Notes: generated by a model not told the origin, from the letters alone. A stretch of 64,000 nt of DNA from a virus (IMGVR_UViG_3300009506_000004:32001-96000), one strand, 5' to 3'; shown: positions 16,905 to 27,415, counted from the stretch's first letter. A program made the numbers and translations.

Positions 16905-17866
16905 TCAAAACTCCAATGCTGCAAATACATTGACCACTCATCATTAGTTGGGGATGGAGAATATCTTGCATTCATACCAAAACCAACTTGATTAGGACCA
17001 GAAGTAAAAAAACTAGTCCTACTAACTGAAATTAATGTAGACCAACCATATCCAGTATTAGAGTACTTAAAATATAAATTAGTTCCATTATCTTCCAATT
17101 GAAACCAAAAACATTGTGGCCAAATAACATATCTACCATAACTTTTAACCCATCCATAACCTGTTGTTTCATCTGTATAATTGTAAACAGCTAAATCACC
17201 ATCGTTTCTCATAAAAATAGCTGTAATCTTAGACGTGCTACTTTCTCTAAACCACATTTGAGCTAATGGTAATTGATTAACAGCATCCCTATCTCCCCAA
17301 GCTGACCATGAAAATCTCCCACTAACTGAATATGGTGTCGAGGGTGCACTAATTACTAACCCTTGCAAATTAGGTCCACCCAATGTATGTGTAAGGCAAG
17401 TTAATCTAATTTCACCATTATCCATTTCGGTAGCAACTGCATCCCCTTCTGTAGAATTTTGGTTAACCCATGTCCAATCAGTTAAATCAATAGCATTATC
17501 TGAGCCATCCATCATATGACCTACACCTTTTCCCTCGCCATATAATGGAACCCTATCAACCATATATTGATTCAATGCAGCAGCAGTAATAATAGAATGA
17601 ATATAAGTACCAGCTGAATGTGAGGCAGCTGTTGTCCCTTCAACCTCTCTTTCTACTGTTAACTCGTTTGTATCAGAATCAACAGCAGTTACTAGCATAA
17701 TTTCACTATCAATAATAATACGGAAATCTTCTGAAGTTGGCAATCCACTTACAGTACTGGCCACTAAAGTTGTAACACTGTCATTTATATCAGCTACTAA
17801 TGCTGCAACGTAACTATTAACTAATTGTTCTCTTTGAATTGCTGACATAACTATTCTTCCACCCAT
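16901..17866 (-). CDS. putative virion-associated protein: fibre-type N-terminal repeat plus ConA/lectin-like domain
   Basis: FRIIIDSEIMLVTA...TVER...GT.AASH domain; beta-rich C-terminus; paralog of the next gene. Confidence 0.7.
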   Translation of the reverse strand: MGGRIVMSAIQREQLVNSYVAALVADINDSVTTLVASTVSGLPTSEDFRIIIDSEIMLVTAVDSDTNELTVEREVEGTTAASHSAGTYIHSIITAAALNQYMVDRVPLYGEGKGVGHMMDGSDNAIDLTDWTWVNQNSTEGDAVATEMDNGEIRLTCLTHTLGGPNLQGLVISAPSTPYSVSGRFSWSAWGDRDAVNQLPLAQMWFRESSTSKITAIFMRNDGDLAVYNYTDETTGYGWVKSYGRYVIWPQCFWFQLEDNGTNLYFKYSNTGYGWSTLISVSRTSFFTSGPNQVGFGMNARYSPSPTNDEWSMYLQHWSFE

Positions 17867-18762
17867 TGTACAATAGTAATGTTACCAGCTGCTGTAGTAT
17901 CATTTGAATTAACATAGAATCCAACTTGATCTGCACCATTTGTTAAAAATGTAGTTCTAGCCTCACTAGCAACTAATTGAAATTCCATTCCATTAGTAGA
18001 AGTATAAAACAAAATATTTGTATTATTATCTTCTATTCTGAACCAATGCGGAAACCCAAATAACCATACTTGAGCGCCATATAAATCAGCACTAAAAACT
18101 GTAGGGCTAGTGTATTTAAGAATTCTAAGTGTTCCATCTGCCAAACAAGCATGGGTTATTAACCTAGAAGAAACACTATCTCTAGCAACTATACCACAAT
18201 GCCCAGCTGTACCACTTCCACTCCAGTTAGGTTGTGGTATAAATGCAGCTGTAACTGTCCAAGGTGCAGATTGAGGGATTGCTTTTTGTAAAACTCTCAA
18301 ATTGGCACCAGTACCTGTTTGTGCTATTAATTGTATTCCCCCACTGGATAAATCAGATACAGTAGATGTACCTTGATTAACCCATGTAAAATCAGTTGAA
18401 TCTATAACACTGCCACCACTTACGAGACTATTCATTGGTGCAAGTAAATTATCATCATCTACAAATGGAGTATAATCCATCAATAAACGCTTCATAGATT
18501 CTTTTGTCAAAATTAAAGAAACAACAGCTTCGTCACTATGTGATGCTGCTTCTGATCCACCATCCCCTCTTTCTACAGTGAACGTGTAACTAGAAATAGC
18601 AGTTACTAGCATAATTTCATTATCAATAATGATACGAAAGTTTCCAGCTGATGGAAATTGAGCTACGCTATCAACTATTACTGATGTAGTAGTTGAATTT
18701 ATACCACCATTTAAAGTAGTCTGTGCCCCATTTGAAAATTGTTCAAATTTATTTGTGCCCAT
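17851..18762 (-). CDS. putative virion-associated protein, paralog of 16901-17866
   Basis: Same architecture (FRIIIDNEIMLVTA, TWVNQ, EDN.TN..F..S..G, QVGF). Confidence 0.7.
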   Translation of the reverse strand: MGTNKFEQFSNGAQTTLNGGINSTTTSVIVDSVAQFPSAGNFRIIIDNEIMLVTAISSYTFTVERGDGGSEAASHSDEAVVSLILTKESMKRLLMDYTPFVDDDNLLAPMNSLVSGGSVIDSTDFTWVNQGTSTVSDLSSGGIQLIAQTGTGANLRVLQKAIPQSAPWTVTAAFIPQPNWSGSGTAGHCGIVARDSVSSRLITHACLADGTLRILKYTSPTVFSADLYGAQVWLFGFPHWFRIEDNNTNILFYTSTNGMEFQLVASEARTTFLTNGADQVGFYVNSNDTTAAGNITIVQWVEE

Positions 18763-18774
18763 ATTTTTACCCGT

Positions 18775-19854
18775 TTATTCTACCTCTCGCTTACGCCAAT
18801 ACCTAGCTTCTTTTGGTATTCCATCATCAGAAAATTCTCGGTATTTAAATGTAATTTTTTCTCCTAGTTTAAAATACAGTCCTTGAAAATTATTGGGCAT
18901 TTCTTCACCAGGATGTTCTATGGCATACGAAACCATATCATTTGTTTCAAATCTTCTTTCTACATCTGTAAATCCTGATAATTCTAGGCGTTTTCCATTA
19001 TAATCTAGTATAATAGAACCTATTAGACCTAACAATTTTGAACCTTTATTTGTTTCCCTCCCACTTATAAAGCCTATGATAGTACCTTCATCATCATTCC
19101 ATGGTTTAAATTTAAGGCATGAGGAAACACGTTTTGGTGTCCATTTAGAATTTGGATTACGTAGAATTATACCTTCTGCACCTTGCTCTAATAAATTATC
19201 TAAATGTCTATTTAACTGAATTAGTGCTTCATTTTTATCATTTGGTAATATTATTTGCCTATGTATATAAACTTGATCATCCCATTTATTCCAACTTCTC
19301 ATAGCAAATAACTCTTGTTCAAAAGAAGCATTAATTGGTGGTGCTATTAATTGCTTTTGAATACCATTCAACCATATTTTTATATGCTCCCAATTAATAG
19401 AGACATGCATATTAGTATTATTTATAATTCCTGTTTGAAATAAATTAGCCCATGGTGGACTTGAAAAAACAGCAAAATAAATCTGGTCAAACCTAGCATC
19501 TGGCTCATCACCACCACATATAGAACGACATAATTGAAAATTTCCACGGCCAGCCCAAAGTTCACCATCGCACGGAAATGGCGGTAATTTATTTATAAAC
19601 CAATCAGGAACTATAATTGGGTTTCCATATCTAGACCAAAGTCCAGTTGAAAATGGTTTTATTTTTGTTTTTAATTCACCAGTTTTAGGATTATTTATTG
19701 AAGCCCATGGTACATCAATAGTTCTTATACCACGAGTAATACCACCATCCCATAAGCATCTTGTCCCATCCAATTTTTCTGATAAGAACCACCCAGTTAT
19801 ATCATCTTTGCCAGGTCTAAAAGTTTTTGCTAATTGTAAAAACTCTCTTTTCAT
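18775..19854 (-). CDS. ATP-dependent DNA ligase
   Basis: SEKLDG.R motif I, DGELW, EGIILR, LKFKP, OB domain with TFKY...DGIPK. Confidence 0.9.
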   Translation of the reverse strand: MKREFLQLAKTFRPGKDDITGWFLSEKLDGTRCLWDGGITRGIRTIDVPWASINNPKTGELKTKIKPFSTGLWSRYGNPIIVPDWFINKLPPFPCDGELWAGRGNFQLCRSICGGDEPDARFDQIYFAVFSSPPWANLFQTGIINNTNMHVSINWEHIKIWLNGIQKQLIAPPINASFEQELFAMRSWNKWDDQVYIHRQIILPNDKNEALIQLNRHLDNLLEQGAEGIILRNPNSKWTPKRVSSCLKFKPWNDDEGTIIGFISGRETNKGSKLLGLIGSIILDYNGKRLELSGFTDVERRFETNDMVSYAIEHPGEEMPNNFQGLYFKLGEKITFKYREFSDDGIPKEARYWRKREVE

Positions 19855-20496
19855 TTATTCTCCAGTATACTTTTTAGCTATTTCCAGAAGTTTTATTCCA
19901 ACATAATCAGATGATTTATTTAATTTTTTTGCTATTTTCCTATTAGACAAACCCTCTATTTTTAACTGCATAATTTGCTGTTCTAAATCAGATAATTTAT
20001 CAATAAAATCATTAAACCAAATTTCACTAAATAAATTCCCGTCTAATGCTTCAATATCACTTATTTTTAGTTGTCTACTACTAATTTTATTTATCTTATC
20101 TTGACTCCATTCTCTTCCGTCATGGTGAAATAAACTTCCAGGAGGAATAGAAACTGGTAATTTTGACCTTACTACCCATTTTTTAACAGCACCTAGACAT
20201 TCCTTTTTGACATAGCCAATAAATCCATGCGCTGTAAAATTTTTCCCTAATGATTTATTTACAAACTCTGTTAGTGCTAGTAAAGATTCACCAATCAAAT
20301 CATCCTTTAAATTTAAAAATTGGGCATTATTTCTAATAAACCAATCAACTTCATTAATTACGAAACCTATCAATCCACTTATTAAATCATTTACAACTGA
20401 TTCATCACCAGCAGCTAACCTTTCCATATCTTCATTAGAAGGTATATGTTCATTTGGTAAATTATCCATTATTCCATTCCATTTTAATATGCTCAT
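19855..20496 (-). CDS. sigma70-like RNA polymerase sigma factor or transcription regulator
   Basis: DDLIGE..LAL region-2-like segment; C-terminal LSDLEQQI...GLSNRKIA region-4 HTH. Confidence 0.7.
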   Translation of the reverse strand: MSILKWNGIMDNLPNEHIPSNEDMERLAAGDESVVNDLISGLIGFVINEVDWFIRNNAQFLNLKDDLIGESLLALTEFVNKSLGKNFTAHGFIGYVKKECLGAVKKWVVRSKLPVSIPPGSLFHHDGREWSQDKINKISSRQLKISDIEALDGNLFSEIWFNDFIDKLSDLEQQIMQLKIEGLSNRKIAKKLNKSSDYVGIKLLEIAKKYTGE

Positions 20497-20969
20497 GAAT
20501 GTGTTGTATCTTCTATCAAGAAAAATTGTAATGGATTAAAATCTTGGTCTTTATTCCAAGCCCATTTATAACCGCGTGGGTCATAAAATTGCCGTTCTTC
20601 TTTACACCAAGCTACTGCGTGTGGCATTTTAGCAGTAGTGCCAAATACAACACCATCACCAAATAAAAATGCTTCAAAGAACCTTTCTTCACCTAACAAT
20701 GGAGTATGATCTATAATCATATTTCCATGCATTAATGCTGGATGTCTCTCTACCATAGTCATTGAATATCCTTTTAAAAGGAGGATATCTACAAATTCTT
20801 GTGGGTGAAAACTTCTAAAACAATATGGTTCTGGTGGTGCGTTTTCATCTAAAATTCTTTCCATACCATTGTGGCCCAATTGCTCTATTAGACTTTCCAT
20901 CGTCTCATTTAGTACCATCGCAAAAGATGCTACAACACATTGTGGTGATTCTGCTTTAATTAATTTCAT
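20493..20969 (-). CDS. papain-like (C39-type) cysteine peptidase fold protein
   Basis: QC..AS.AM (Cys), HAVAW (His), YDP (Asp). Confidence 0.65.
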   Translation of the reverse strand: MKLIKAESPQCVVASFAMVLNETMESLIEQLGHNGMERILDENAPPEPYCFRSFHPQEFVDILLLKGYSMTMVERHPALMHGNMIIDHTPLLGEERFFEAFLFGDGVVFGTTAKMPHAVAWCKEERQFYDPRGYKWAWNKDQDFNPLQFFLIEDTTHS

Positions 20970-21159
20970 TTCTTTTTCTTTTCTTTTTACTATTTTTTAT
21001 AGCTTGTCCATCAGCTAATGCTCTACGCTTTGCACTATTTCTACTTTTTGTATTTCCTTTTATATAAAAATGAATTTTTCCATCATTCCAACAATAGCCT
21101 ACTTTTTCGCCCACAATTACTCTCTTCAAGGGCATTATCACACTCCTCCAGCAATTCAT
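20956..21159 (-). CDS. small basic protein (start probably at MPLKR)
   Basis: MP..R....K.GY.W...GK.....AK..A pattern. Confidence 0.65.
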   Translation of the reverse strand: MNCWRSVIMPLKRVIVGEKVGYCWNDGKIHFYIKGNTKSRNSAKRRALADGQAIKNSKKKRKRNEIN

Positions 21160-21547
21160 CTATTGTGGGTTGCTGATCCCAAGAACTTTTCCAATAATCT
21201 CTCCAATTAGGTTTTCCGAATAATTTTTTGTATTCTTCCGACATAAAATCAAAATTACATTCTTCTTTACTCGATGCGCCTAAAATCCATATCCCTATGT
21301 TATATTGTTCCCAAATAGGCCATTTTATTTTCTGTGCTTTAGTAAAAGCATATTTACCATAAACTTTAAAATCTACCCATCTAGTTCCAAATTCATTATG
21401 AGCAATATAAACATCTGGTATACCATATTGACTGATGTTTCCTGTTAATCTTTCTATATGCCATTTCTTAGCTTTTAAAAAATTAATCCATTTACCCTGA
21501 ATATAAAATTCAGGACCATGATAATTCCTGGGTTCAAAGGGTTCCAT
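21083..21547 (-). CDS. VRR-NUC-like PD-(D/E)XK nuclease or resolvase
   Basis: E..IQ, GIPD, WVDFK, FT.AQ. Confidence 0.75.
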   Translation of the reverse strand: MEPFEPRNYHGPEFYIQGKWINFLKAKKWHIERLTGNISQYGIPDVYIAHNEFGTRWVDFKVYGKYAFTKAQKIKWPIWEQYNIGIWILGASSKEECNFDFMSEEYKKLFGKPNWRDYWKSSWDQQPTIDELLEECDNALEESNCGRKSRLLLE

Positions 21548-24094
21548 TTAATCACCACATGAGCCTCCTTTTGTTAAGGAGCATATATTCATTGAATATT
21601 CTTCAACAGCATCCTCGTATCTAATAGGCACTAATGGTTGTCCACCACGAGCACCATCTGGATAAACTGTTATTCCTCTTAATTTAGATAAATATTTTAA
21701 TAAAATAGTTCCAAAATTATTTAATGTACTTTCGTTATTTAACTCACTTCCCCATCTGGGCAGATTAATCGTGCTACTAATAGCATGGTCAACATATTGC
21801 TGAACCCAAGCTTGAAAGGCTATTCTACGTTCTGGGTCACTAGCAAGATCATATGCGTCTTCAATAAGGTCTGGTCTCACACCATTTTCAATAAGTCGTT
21901 TAGCACAAGGATCCACAACTTTCTGCGAAAACCAGACATTTCCTTTTAAATATCGCCTTTCATAAGCTACACAAAATATAGGCTCAATTCCAGTTGTTGT
22001 CTCTGCTACTATTCCAATAGTCCCTGTTGGTGCTATAGCTCTAGTTGCAACTGGTGTTGATATTTCCCATTCATTAGCATATTTTTCAGCATATTCATCA
22101 GTTTTTAAATACACTTTCAAATATTTTTCTAACTCTTCATCAGGTCCGTATTTCTTACCATGAGTTAAGAGCCATTCATGAACACCCATTAATCCTAATC
22201 CAAGACGTCTATTAGCATTTCTTACTTTATCAACTTTAGGATATGGTACATCTGAATATAAAGTACCAGCTAAAAGAAACATAATAGCTAATTCAACAAC
22301 TTCTTCCATTTCCTCTAAACTATGAATTCTTGATAAATTTATAGATCCAAGATTACAAATATCAGAATCATTAGCACTAGTGACCTCCGTGCAATTAGAT
22401 AATCTAACACCTTCAGCTATAAATGAATGTTCTTCTACTCCAACATTACAACAATAAACATCTTGAATAGCACCATTAGTAATATTTATTACTTTTAATT
22501 CAGATTGCCTATAAGATTTATAACCCCTAAATTTTCCTAAATTCAATCTTTTACAAGGAATTATTTTTGCAAATCTAGCGATGCTACTAGATAAAACTAT
22601 TAAATTTCTAGTATCTTGTTTTCCATCAAAACCAGATTTAATTGGTGCTGATATAGTTGACAGTATTCCTAAACACTCTAATAAACGCCTAGCTTCAATT
22701 AAAAATTCAAATTTTCCAGATAATCTAATCATCACTTTATTTGAATCAAAAGAACCATCAGCATCAAACCAACCTGCTAAAAATGAAAATGCACAATTAA
22801 CATCAGGTATATGATCTTTTATTGTTTCACTAACTAATGAATATCTATCATATCCTCTCTTATCATTATATTTTGTACAAAGTCCTACAATATATTTCTT
22901 TAATCTTTTCTTTTCTTCAGTACAAAATGATACACTTTTCTCAGAATCATCACCAAATAAAAATCCAGCTGTATATGCTTCTTTATCCAGAATTCCATCA
23001 AATTCAAGTTCAGGTAAGGAAACATCTAAATAATCATTAATCTCTAAATCTTTAGCTTTAACTTTTATAATATTTAATTTTCTACGCTTTCCAGCACCAG
23101 TATATTTTCTTACAAAAAATTCATGGTCTAAATCACAAGTTATAAATCTTTTTCCAGTTATCTCAATAGTTATTGTTTTAACATTTTCTTTTGTTTTAAC
23201 AAATGTTGCTTCTGACCATTGATAACCAGTCCACAATTTAGTAGGTATTCCAATAATTTCTTTTACTTGTTTATAACCATCTTTTGTTAATACAAAAGTA
23301 TCACTAGAAATTGGTGCATTCCTTAAATCTTCACCAACATTATGTCCACAATTGACACTAAAACCAGGTTCACCAGTTTTACACATTCTACGTATAACAG
23401 TCCAATAAATTCCATGGGCTAATGAATGTTGTGGATCTTCTGGGTCATTATAAGCTTCAAAAAATTCATCATCTAATCCAATACTGATGTTTGTCATATC
23501 AAGTGTAGCTGGAAAATTAAAATCTCTTTCTTTTAATTCTCTAACCTCTTGAATCCAATCCTTTGCTACAATGAATTTATGTGCGTCAGGGTGTTGCCAG
23601 TTCAAACCAGCCCAAATAGCTGCTCGTCTTGACCCACCTTGAATTATGCCACGGCCACATTCGTTTATCATTTGCATCAAAGCCAATGGACCAGTTGCAG
23701 TACCACCAGTGCGCCTAATTTTAGCCCCTTCTTCACGAATTAAACTATATTCAATACCTATTCCAGCACCAGTCATAAGAGCCATACTGGCCTTGTGGAG
23801 TAATTCTGACCACCCTTCCCGGCTATCCTCTGCCCTAAGCATTAAACAATTTTGAGTCTGATGGAAAGAGTTTCCTGCTGCTGCTAAATATCTACCACCT
23901 GGAATAAATTTACGTTCTCGTATAAGTTTATGAATTGCTTGGCAATATTTACTTCGCATATTATAGCCAGCAGCCTTCATAACATGTTTAGTTGTCCTAT
24001 AAGCTATATTATTCCAATTTTCCTTAGAACCATCTTCAAGAGTATGACTATATTTATGCTCCATAATAGTACGAGCAAAATTTGACATTTCCAT
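21548..24094 (-). CDS. nrdJ: class II (B12-dependent) ribonucleotide reductase precursor containing an intein
   Basis: FIPGGR, NC, QGG.RR.A, GEPG, NA|CTE, CNLGS, RRLGLG, IAPTGT, ISSTINLP, C-terminal C......C; no class I beta subunit in the window. Confidence 0.9.
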   Translation of the reverse strand: MEMSNFARTIMEHKYSHTLEDGSKENWNNIAYRTTKHVMKAAGYNMRSKYCQAIHKLIRERKFIPGGRYLAAAGNSFHQTQNCLMLRAEDSREGWSELLHKASMALMTGAGIGIEYSLIREEGAKIRRTGGTATGPLALMQMINECGRGIIQGGSRRAAIWAGLNWQHPDAHKFIVAKDWIQEVRELKERDFNFPATLDMTNISIGLDDEFFEAYNDPEDPQHSLAHGIYWTVIRRMCKTGEPGFSVNCGHNVGEDLRNAPISSDTFVLTKDGYKQVKEIIGIPTKLWTGYQWSEATFVKTKENVKTITIEITGKRFITCDLDHEFFVRKYTGAGKRRKLNIIKVKAKDLEINDYLDVSLPELEFDGILDKEAYTAGFLFGDDSEKSVSFCTEEKKRLKKYIVGLCTKYNDKRGYDRYSLVSETIKDHIPDVNCAFSFLAGWFDADGSFDSNKVMIRLSGKFEFLIEARRLLECLGILSTISAPIKSGFDGKQDTRNLIVLSSSIARFAKIIPCKRLNLGKFRGYKSYRQSELKVINITNGAIQDVYCCNVGVEEHSFIAEGVRLSNCTEVTSANDSDICNLGSINLSRIHSLEEMEEVVELAIMFLLAGTLYSDVPYPKVDKVRNANRRLGLGLMGVHEWLLTHGKKYGPDEELEKYLKVYLKTDEYAEKYANEWEISTPVATRAIAPTGTIGIVAETTTGIEPIFCVAYERRYLKGNVWFSQKVVDPCAKRLIENGVRPDLIEDAYDLASDPERRIAFQAWVQQYVDHAISSTINLPRWGSELNNESTLNNFGTILLKYLSKLRGITVYPDGARGGQPLVPIRYEDAVEEYSMNICSLTKGGSCGD
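22394..23314 (-). mobile_element. 307-aa intein with LAGLIDADG domain in nrdJ
   Basis: PISSDTFVLT..G block A, TCD.DH block B, FLAGWFDADG, DVYCC...HSF.A.G...SN|C; removal restores LRNACTEV. Confidence 0.9.
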
Positions 24095-24103
24095 TTCACT
24101 ATC

Positions 24104-26584
24104 CTAGACTGTAAGTGATTCCATTACTAACTCTTTATCGTAAGTAACATGTAACATATTATTACTACCACCTTTTTCAGACCAATTCTTCATTTTCTTG
24201 CACCACTTGATACCAATAAGAGGAACTTCCGACCTAAAAGATTCAACTGTCTCTCTAACAATCTCAGCTTCCTTCTCTACATAATCTGGATGTGTCACAG
24301 ACATTATTTCATCATGGATATTCATTGGCATAACAACAAATTCATGTAAACCATATGGTTGTAATCTCCAAATAGCTAGTTGAACAGCTTTGGTTATATC
24401 AGCGCCAGGGGATTGAATTTCATGATTCGCAGCAGCCCTAACATTGGAATCAGCTACTCCTCTTGCTGCACCATAAAGAGCTGAAGAAAGAGCACCCCAT
24501 GCCTTTTGCACCCCTCTATAAGTACTTCTTACTACAGGAGTATTGCATTTACGCCACTCTTTAGGAAGATTTCTAGCTAAATCAAATAAAGCTCTAATTA
24601 TCTTCTCTTCAAGAGTAAAATATCGTCTGAACCCTAAGAAAGATTCAACATATTCTTTTGGTTCTGACCAAGTAATAGCTGTTCCTATTCCACCCGGTTG
24701 AAGTAAACATTGAAAATCATTTATAATACGTTGGCGGCTCTTAGCAATTCCAGGGAACATCTTGCACCACTCTGCATAAGCCTTTTCTGCTACTTCTATA
24801 AGAACACCAAGATTCCTATTCAATGTGTTAGCATTTCCGCCATAAATTAAAGCAAATACACCAGACTTAGCTTTAGTATACATATTTCCAAATTCATAAT
24901 TTTCTGGGTGCTTTTCGCTGTCTAAAATTTGTTCATATGTATAACCTGGATATAATAATGTTCCAAATAAACCATGTAATTTCTGTCCAGATACAATAGC
25001 GCGCCGCAAATCAGGATCATTATAAACAGCATCAGCTAATGTTACCTCAAAACTATCAAAATCACCACCACATAACACATACATTCCATTAGCCAATGGA
25101 AACTTACCTCTAACGGCTGGATCCTTTTTTATTCCTTGAGGATTTAATCCATCACCACCAGCCATTCTAGAAGATAAAGTACCAATAACTTTAAAACTAG
25201 CATGAAACTTACCAGAAATTAAAAGCTTATCATAAAGTTCTATTTCTTTTTTAGCTATCTTAATATCAAGTATTTCTTTAGCTTTATCGGCAACTGGATG
25301 CGGACCTTTCTTTAAAATTCCTTCATCACTACAACGTTTACAATTAGGTTCAAACCCTAAACATTTAGTGCATACTTCTTCCTCATGAATTAACCACTGA
25401 GACATTTCTTGTAATCTAGCTTTCCTAGTTGTTTCTTCTAAGAAAGTCATTTCTGTATCATCACAATATTGATTTAAGTATGCTCTAATTTCTACAGGTT
25501 TATTAGTATTTATAGGTGATTTAATAACAACTTGAACAGCTTTTTCTCTTAATTCTTTAATACCATCAACATCAATTTCAAATCCATGCCACCTAACTGA
25601 AGCTACCATACAAGCTAAAATACTATCTACATCACCATGTACTGGTTCATTGAAGTGATAATAAAGCCCACGTGTGTATACAATGTCATCATTGGCATAC
25701 TCTCTAGCTTCTTTATTAAAATGCCAATGGTCTATGTGATGTTTTATAACACCAGGCCATTCATATCCAATTACTTTTTCTTCACCTTTATCAGTAGTTT
25801 CCCAAACTTTCCAATCTTTATCAGCACTTGATAAAGTTGTACAATAAGGTGCATAACCTAATTCCACTGGGAATAATTCAGAATCAATAGCAATATCTTT
25901 ATGTTTATACTTTGGTGGAATTTTTAAAGCATGTTCAGCTAAAGATTTTAAAGAACCATCAGCATGAAATTTTAAAACTACATCGGCAAAATTCTTATCT
26001 TTAATACCATCTTTTTCACGATCCATAACAGTCCATCTAGGAGCATCAGGATCACAAGTACGCGCAAAATAAATCCCATCAAATTCAATAATTTTTTCAA
26101 GATGATTTGCTACGGCATAAGCCATAGGTACCATTTGCCCTTCCCATTCTACTGGTGTCAATGGAATACGCTTGATTCTGATATCGCTTCGGGCCATAAG
26201 AGATTGATATGGCCCCTTACGACTATGAAGCATTAAATCCAGAGCACTGTAAGGCTTAAGACATAGGCAATCAGTACATGTGCGCTCAATAGCTGAAATA
26301 AGATCTATATGTTCTTCTGGTATTGTATCACCATAGCCAAGGCGAATCATTTCTGACCAAATAGCATGAATCTTTTGTATATGAAACCAGTCGAAAGAAA
26401 GATTAAACCCAACTACAATATTATCAGCAATCCATTCAAGAACTTCTATTGTTTCTTTGAATGGTTTTTTCCAAATTTCCCATAGTTGAATTTCACCGTC
26501 TTTACCAACAGCAAACTGAAGCAAAACCATCATGCTATGAAGTCCACAAGTTTCACTATCAATAAAAATTAATTTCTTTCCCAT
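24104..26584 (-). CDS. polA: family A DNA polymerase with 3'-5' exonuclease
   Basis: ExoI DSET, ExoII FNLSFD, ExoIII YANDD; motif A DFDSFE, motif B K...F.LIYG, motif C HDE. Confidence 0.92.
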   Translation of the reverse strand: MGKKLIFIDSETCGLHSMMVLLQFAVGKDGEIQLWEIWKKPFKETIEVLEWIADNIVVGFNLSFDWFHIQKIHAIWSEMIRLGYGDTIPEEHIDLISAIERTCTDCLCLKPYSALDLMLHSRKGPYQSLMARSDIRIKRIPLTPVEWEGQMVPMAYAVANHLEKIIEFDGIYFARTCDPDAPRWTVMDREKDGIKDKNFADVVLKFHADGSLKSLAEHALKIPPKYKHKDIAIDSELFPVELGYAPYCTTLSSADKDWKVWETTDKGEEKVIGYEWPGVIKHHIDHWHFNKEAREYANDDIVYTRGLYYHFNEPVHGDVDSILACMVASVRWHGFEIDVDGIKELREKAVQVVIKSPINTNKPVEIRAYLNQYCDDTEMTFLEETTRKARLQEMSQWLIHEEEVCTKCLGFEPNCKRCSDEGILKKGPHPVADKAKEILDIKIAKKEIELYDKLLISGKFHASFKVIGTLSSRMAGGDGLNPQGIKKDPAVRGKFPLANGMYVLCGGDFDSFEVTLADAVYNDPDLRRAIVSGQKLHGLFGTLLYPGYTYEQILDSEKHPENYEFGNMYTKAKSGVFALIYGGNANTLNRNLGVLIEVAEKAYAEWCKMFPGIAKSRQRIINDFQCLLQPGGIGTAITWSEPKEYVESFLGFRRYFTLEEKIIRALFDLARNLPKEWRKCNTPVVRSTYRGVQKAWGALSSALYGAARGVADSNVRAAANHEIQSPGADITKAVQLAIWRLQPYGLHEFVVMPMNIHDEIMSVTHPDYVEKEAEIVRETVESFRSEVPLIGIKWCKKMKNWSEKGGSNNMLHVTYDKELVMESLTV

Positions 26585-27081
26585 TTATAAACACTTTCAT
26601 TACAAATCTTATATTTCACTTTTATTAGGTCACCATTGCATACATAACAAGGTAAATGATCAAATGGTAAAAATTTACAAATCCTATGTTCAAATGAATT
26701 TCCTGTAACCAAAATTCCAATTAAATCAAGACTTTCAAATATATCCCACTCTAATACTATTTCTTCTGGCTCAATAATTTTTTCTTTAAAATGTGTTAAC
26801 TTAGGCTCATAAACAAATTTTCTATCATTATTAACTAATGAAGTTCTTAAGTTAATTGAAAAAATTTTACTTTGTCTTTGGAAAATATGGTCACATTCTT
26901 CGTCTAGCAAAAAATCATCTATTGAATCGAAATCTATTGAATCGGTAGCTTTTAATTCTTCAGCATTACTTCCTCTTATTAAACTTCCTGTAAAACCAAG
27001 AGCTAGTAAAGTAGTAGAAGATTTCAAAAAATTCCTACGTTCAATCTTCTTTCCACAACTCATATTTACACCCTTTAACAA
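26569..27081 (-). CDS. twin-arginine signal-bearing protein
   Basis: ERRNFLK, h-region, SNA|EE; C-terminus resembles ORF 49023-49637. Confidence 0.7.
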   Translation of the reverse strand: MLKGVNMSCGKKIERRNFLKSSTTLLALGFTGSLIRGSNAEELKATDSIDFDSIDDFLLDEECDHIFQRQSKIFSINLRTSLVNNDRKFVYEPKLTHFKEKIIEPEEIVLEWDIFESLDLIGILVTGNSFEHRICKFLPFDHLPCYVCNGDLIKVKYKICNESVYKWERN

Positions 27082-27415
27082 TAATCATTGCACCAATTAT
27101 TATACCTGTAGTAATTACTGATGCATCTGAAAAAATCATTACTAATCTTAAACCTTTACCTATCCAATCTTTTATATCATATTTTAATAAAGGACAATAA
27201 CTATTTATATCTACACAAGGTTTTTTTGGGAGAACACGAGAACCAGAATCTATTACATATGTAATCTTATCTGTTTTGTTTACAGTTATCTTATAAATAA
27301 ATGTATCTGTATCAACCCAAACAATTGTATCATGTGATAATTTACTAGGAGTTATACCACCTAATTTTTTCTGGCTTTCTTTTAAAGCTTCAATTTCCCT
27401 ATTTCTTGTACTCAT
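27041..27415 (-). CDS. hypothetical protein
   Basis: ORF track. Confidence 0.7.
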   Translation of the reverse strand: MSTRNREIEALKESQKKLGGITPSKLSHDTIVWVDTDTFIYKITVNKTDKITYVIDSGSRVLPKKPCVDINSYCPLLKYDIKDWIGKGLRLVMIFSDASVITTGIIIGAMIIVKGCKYELWKED

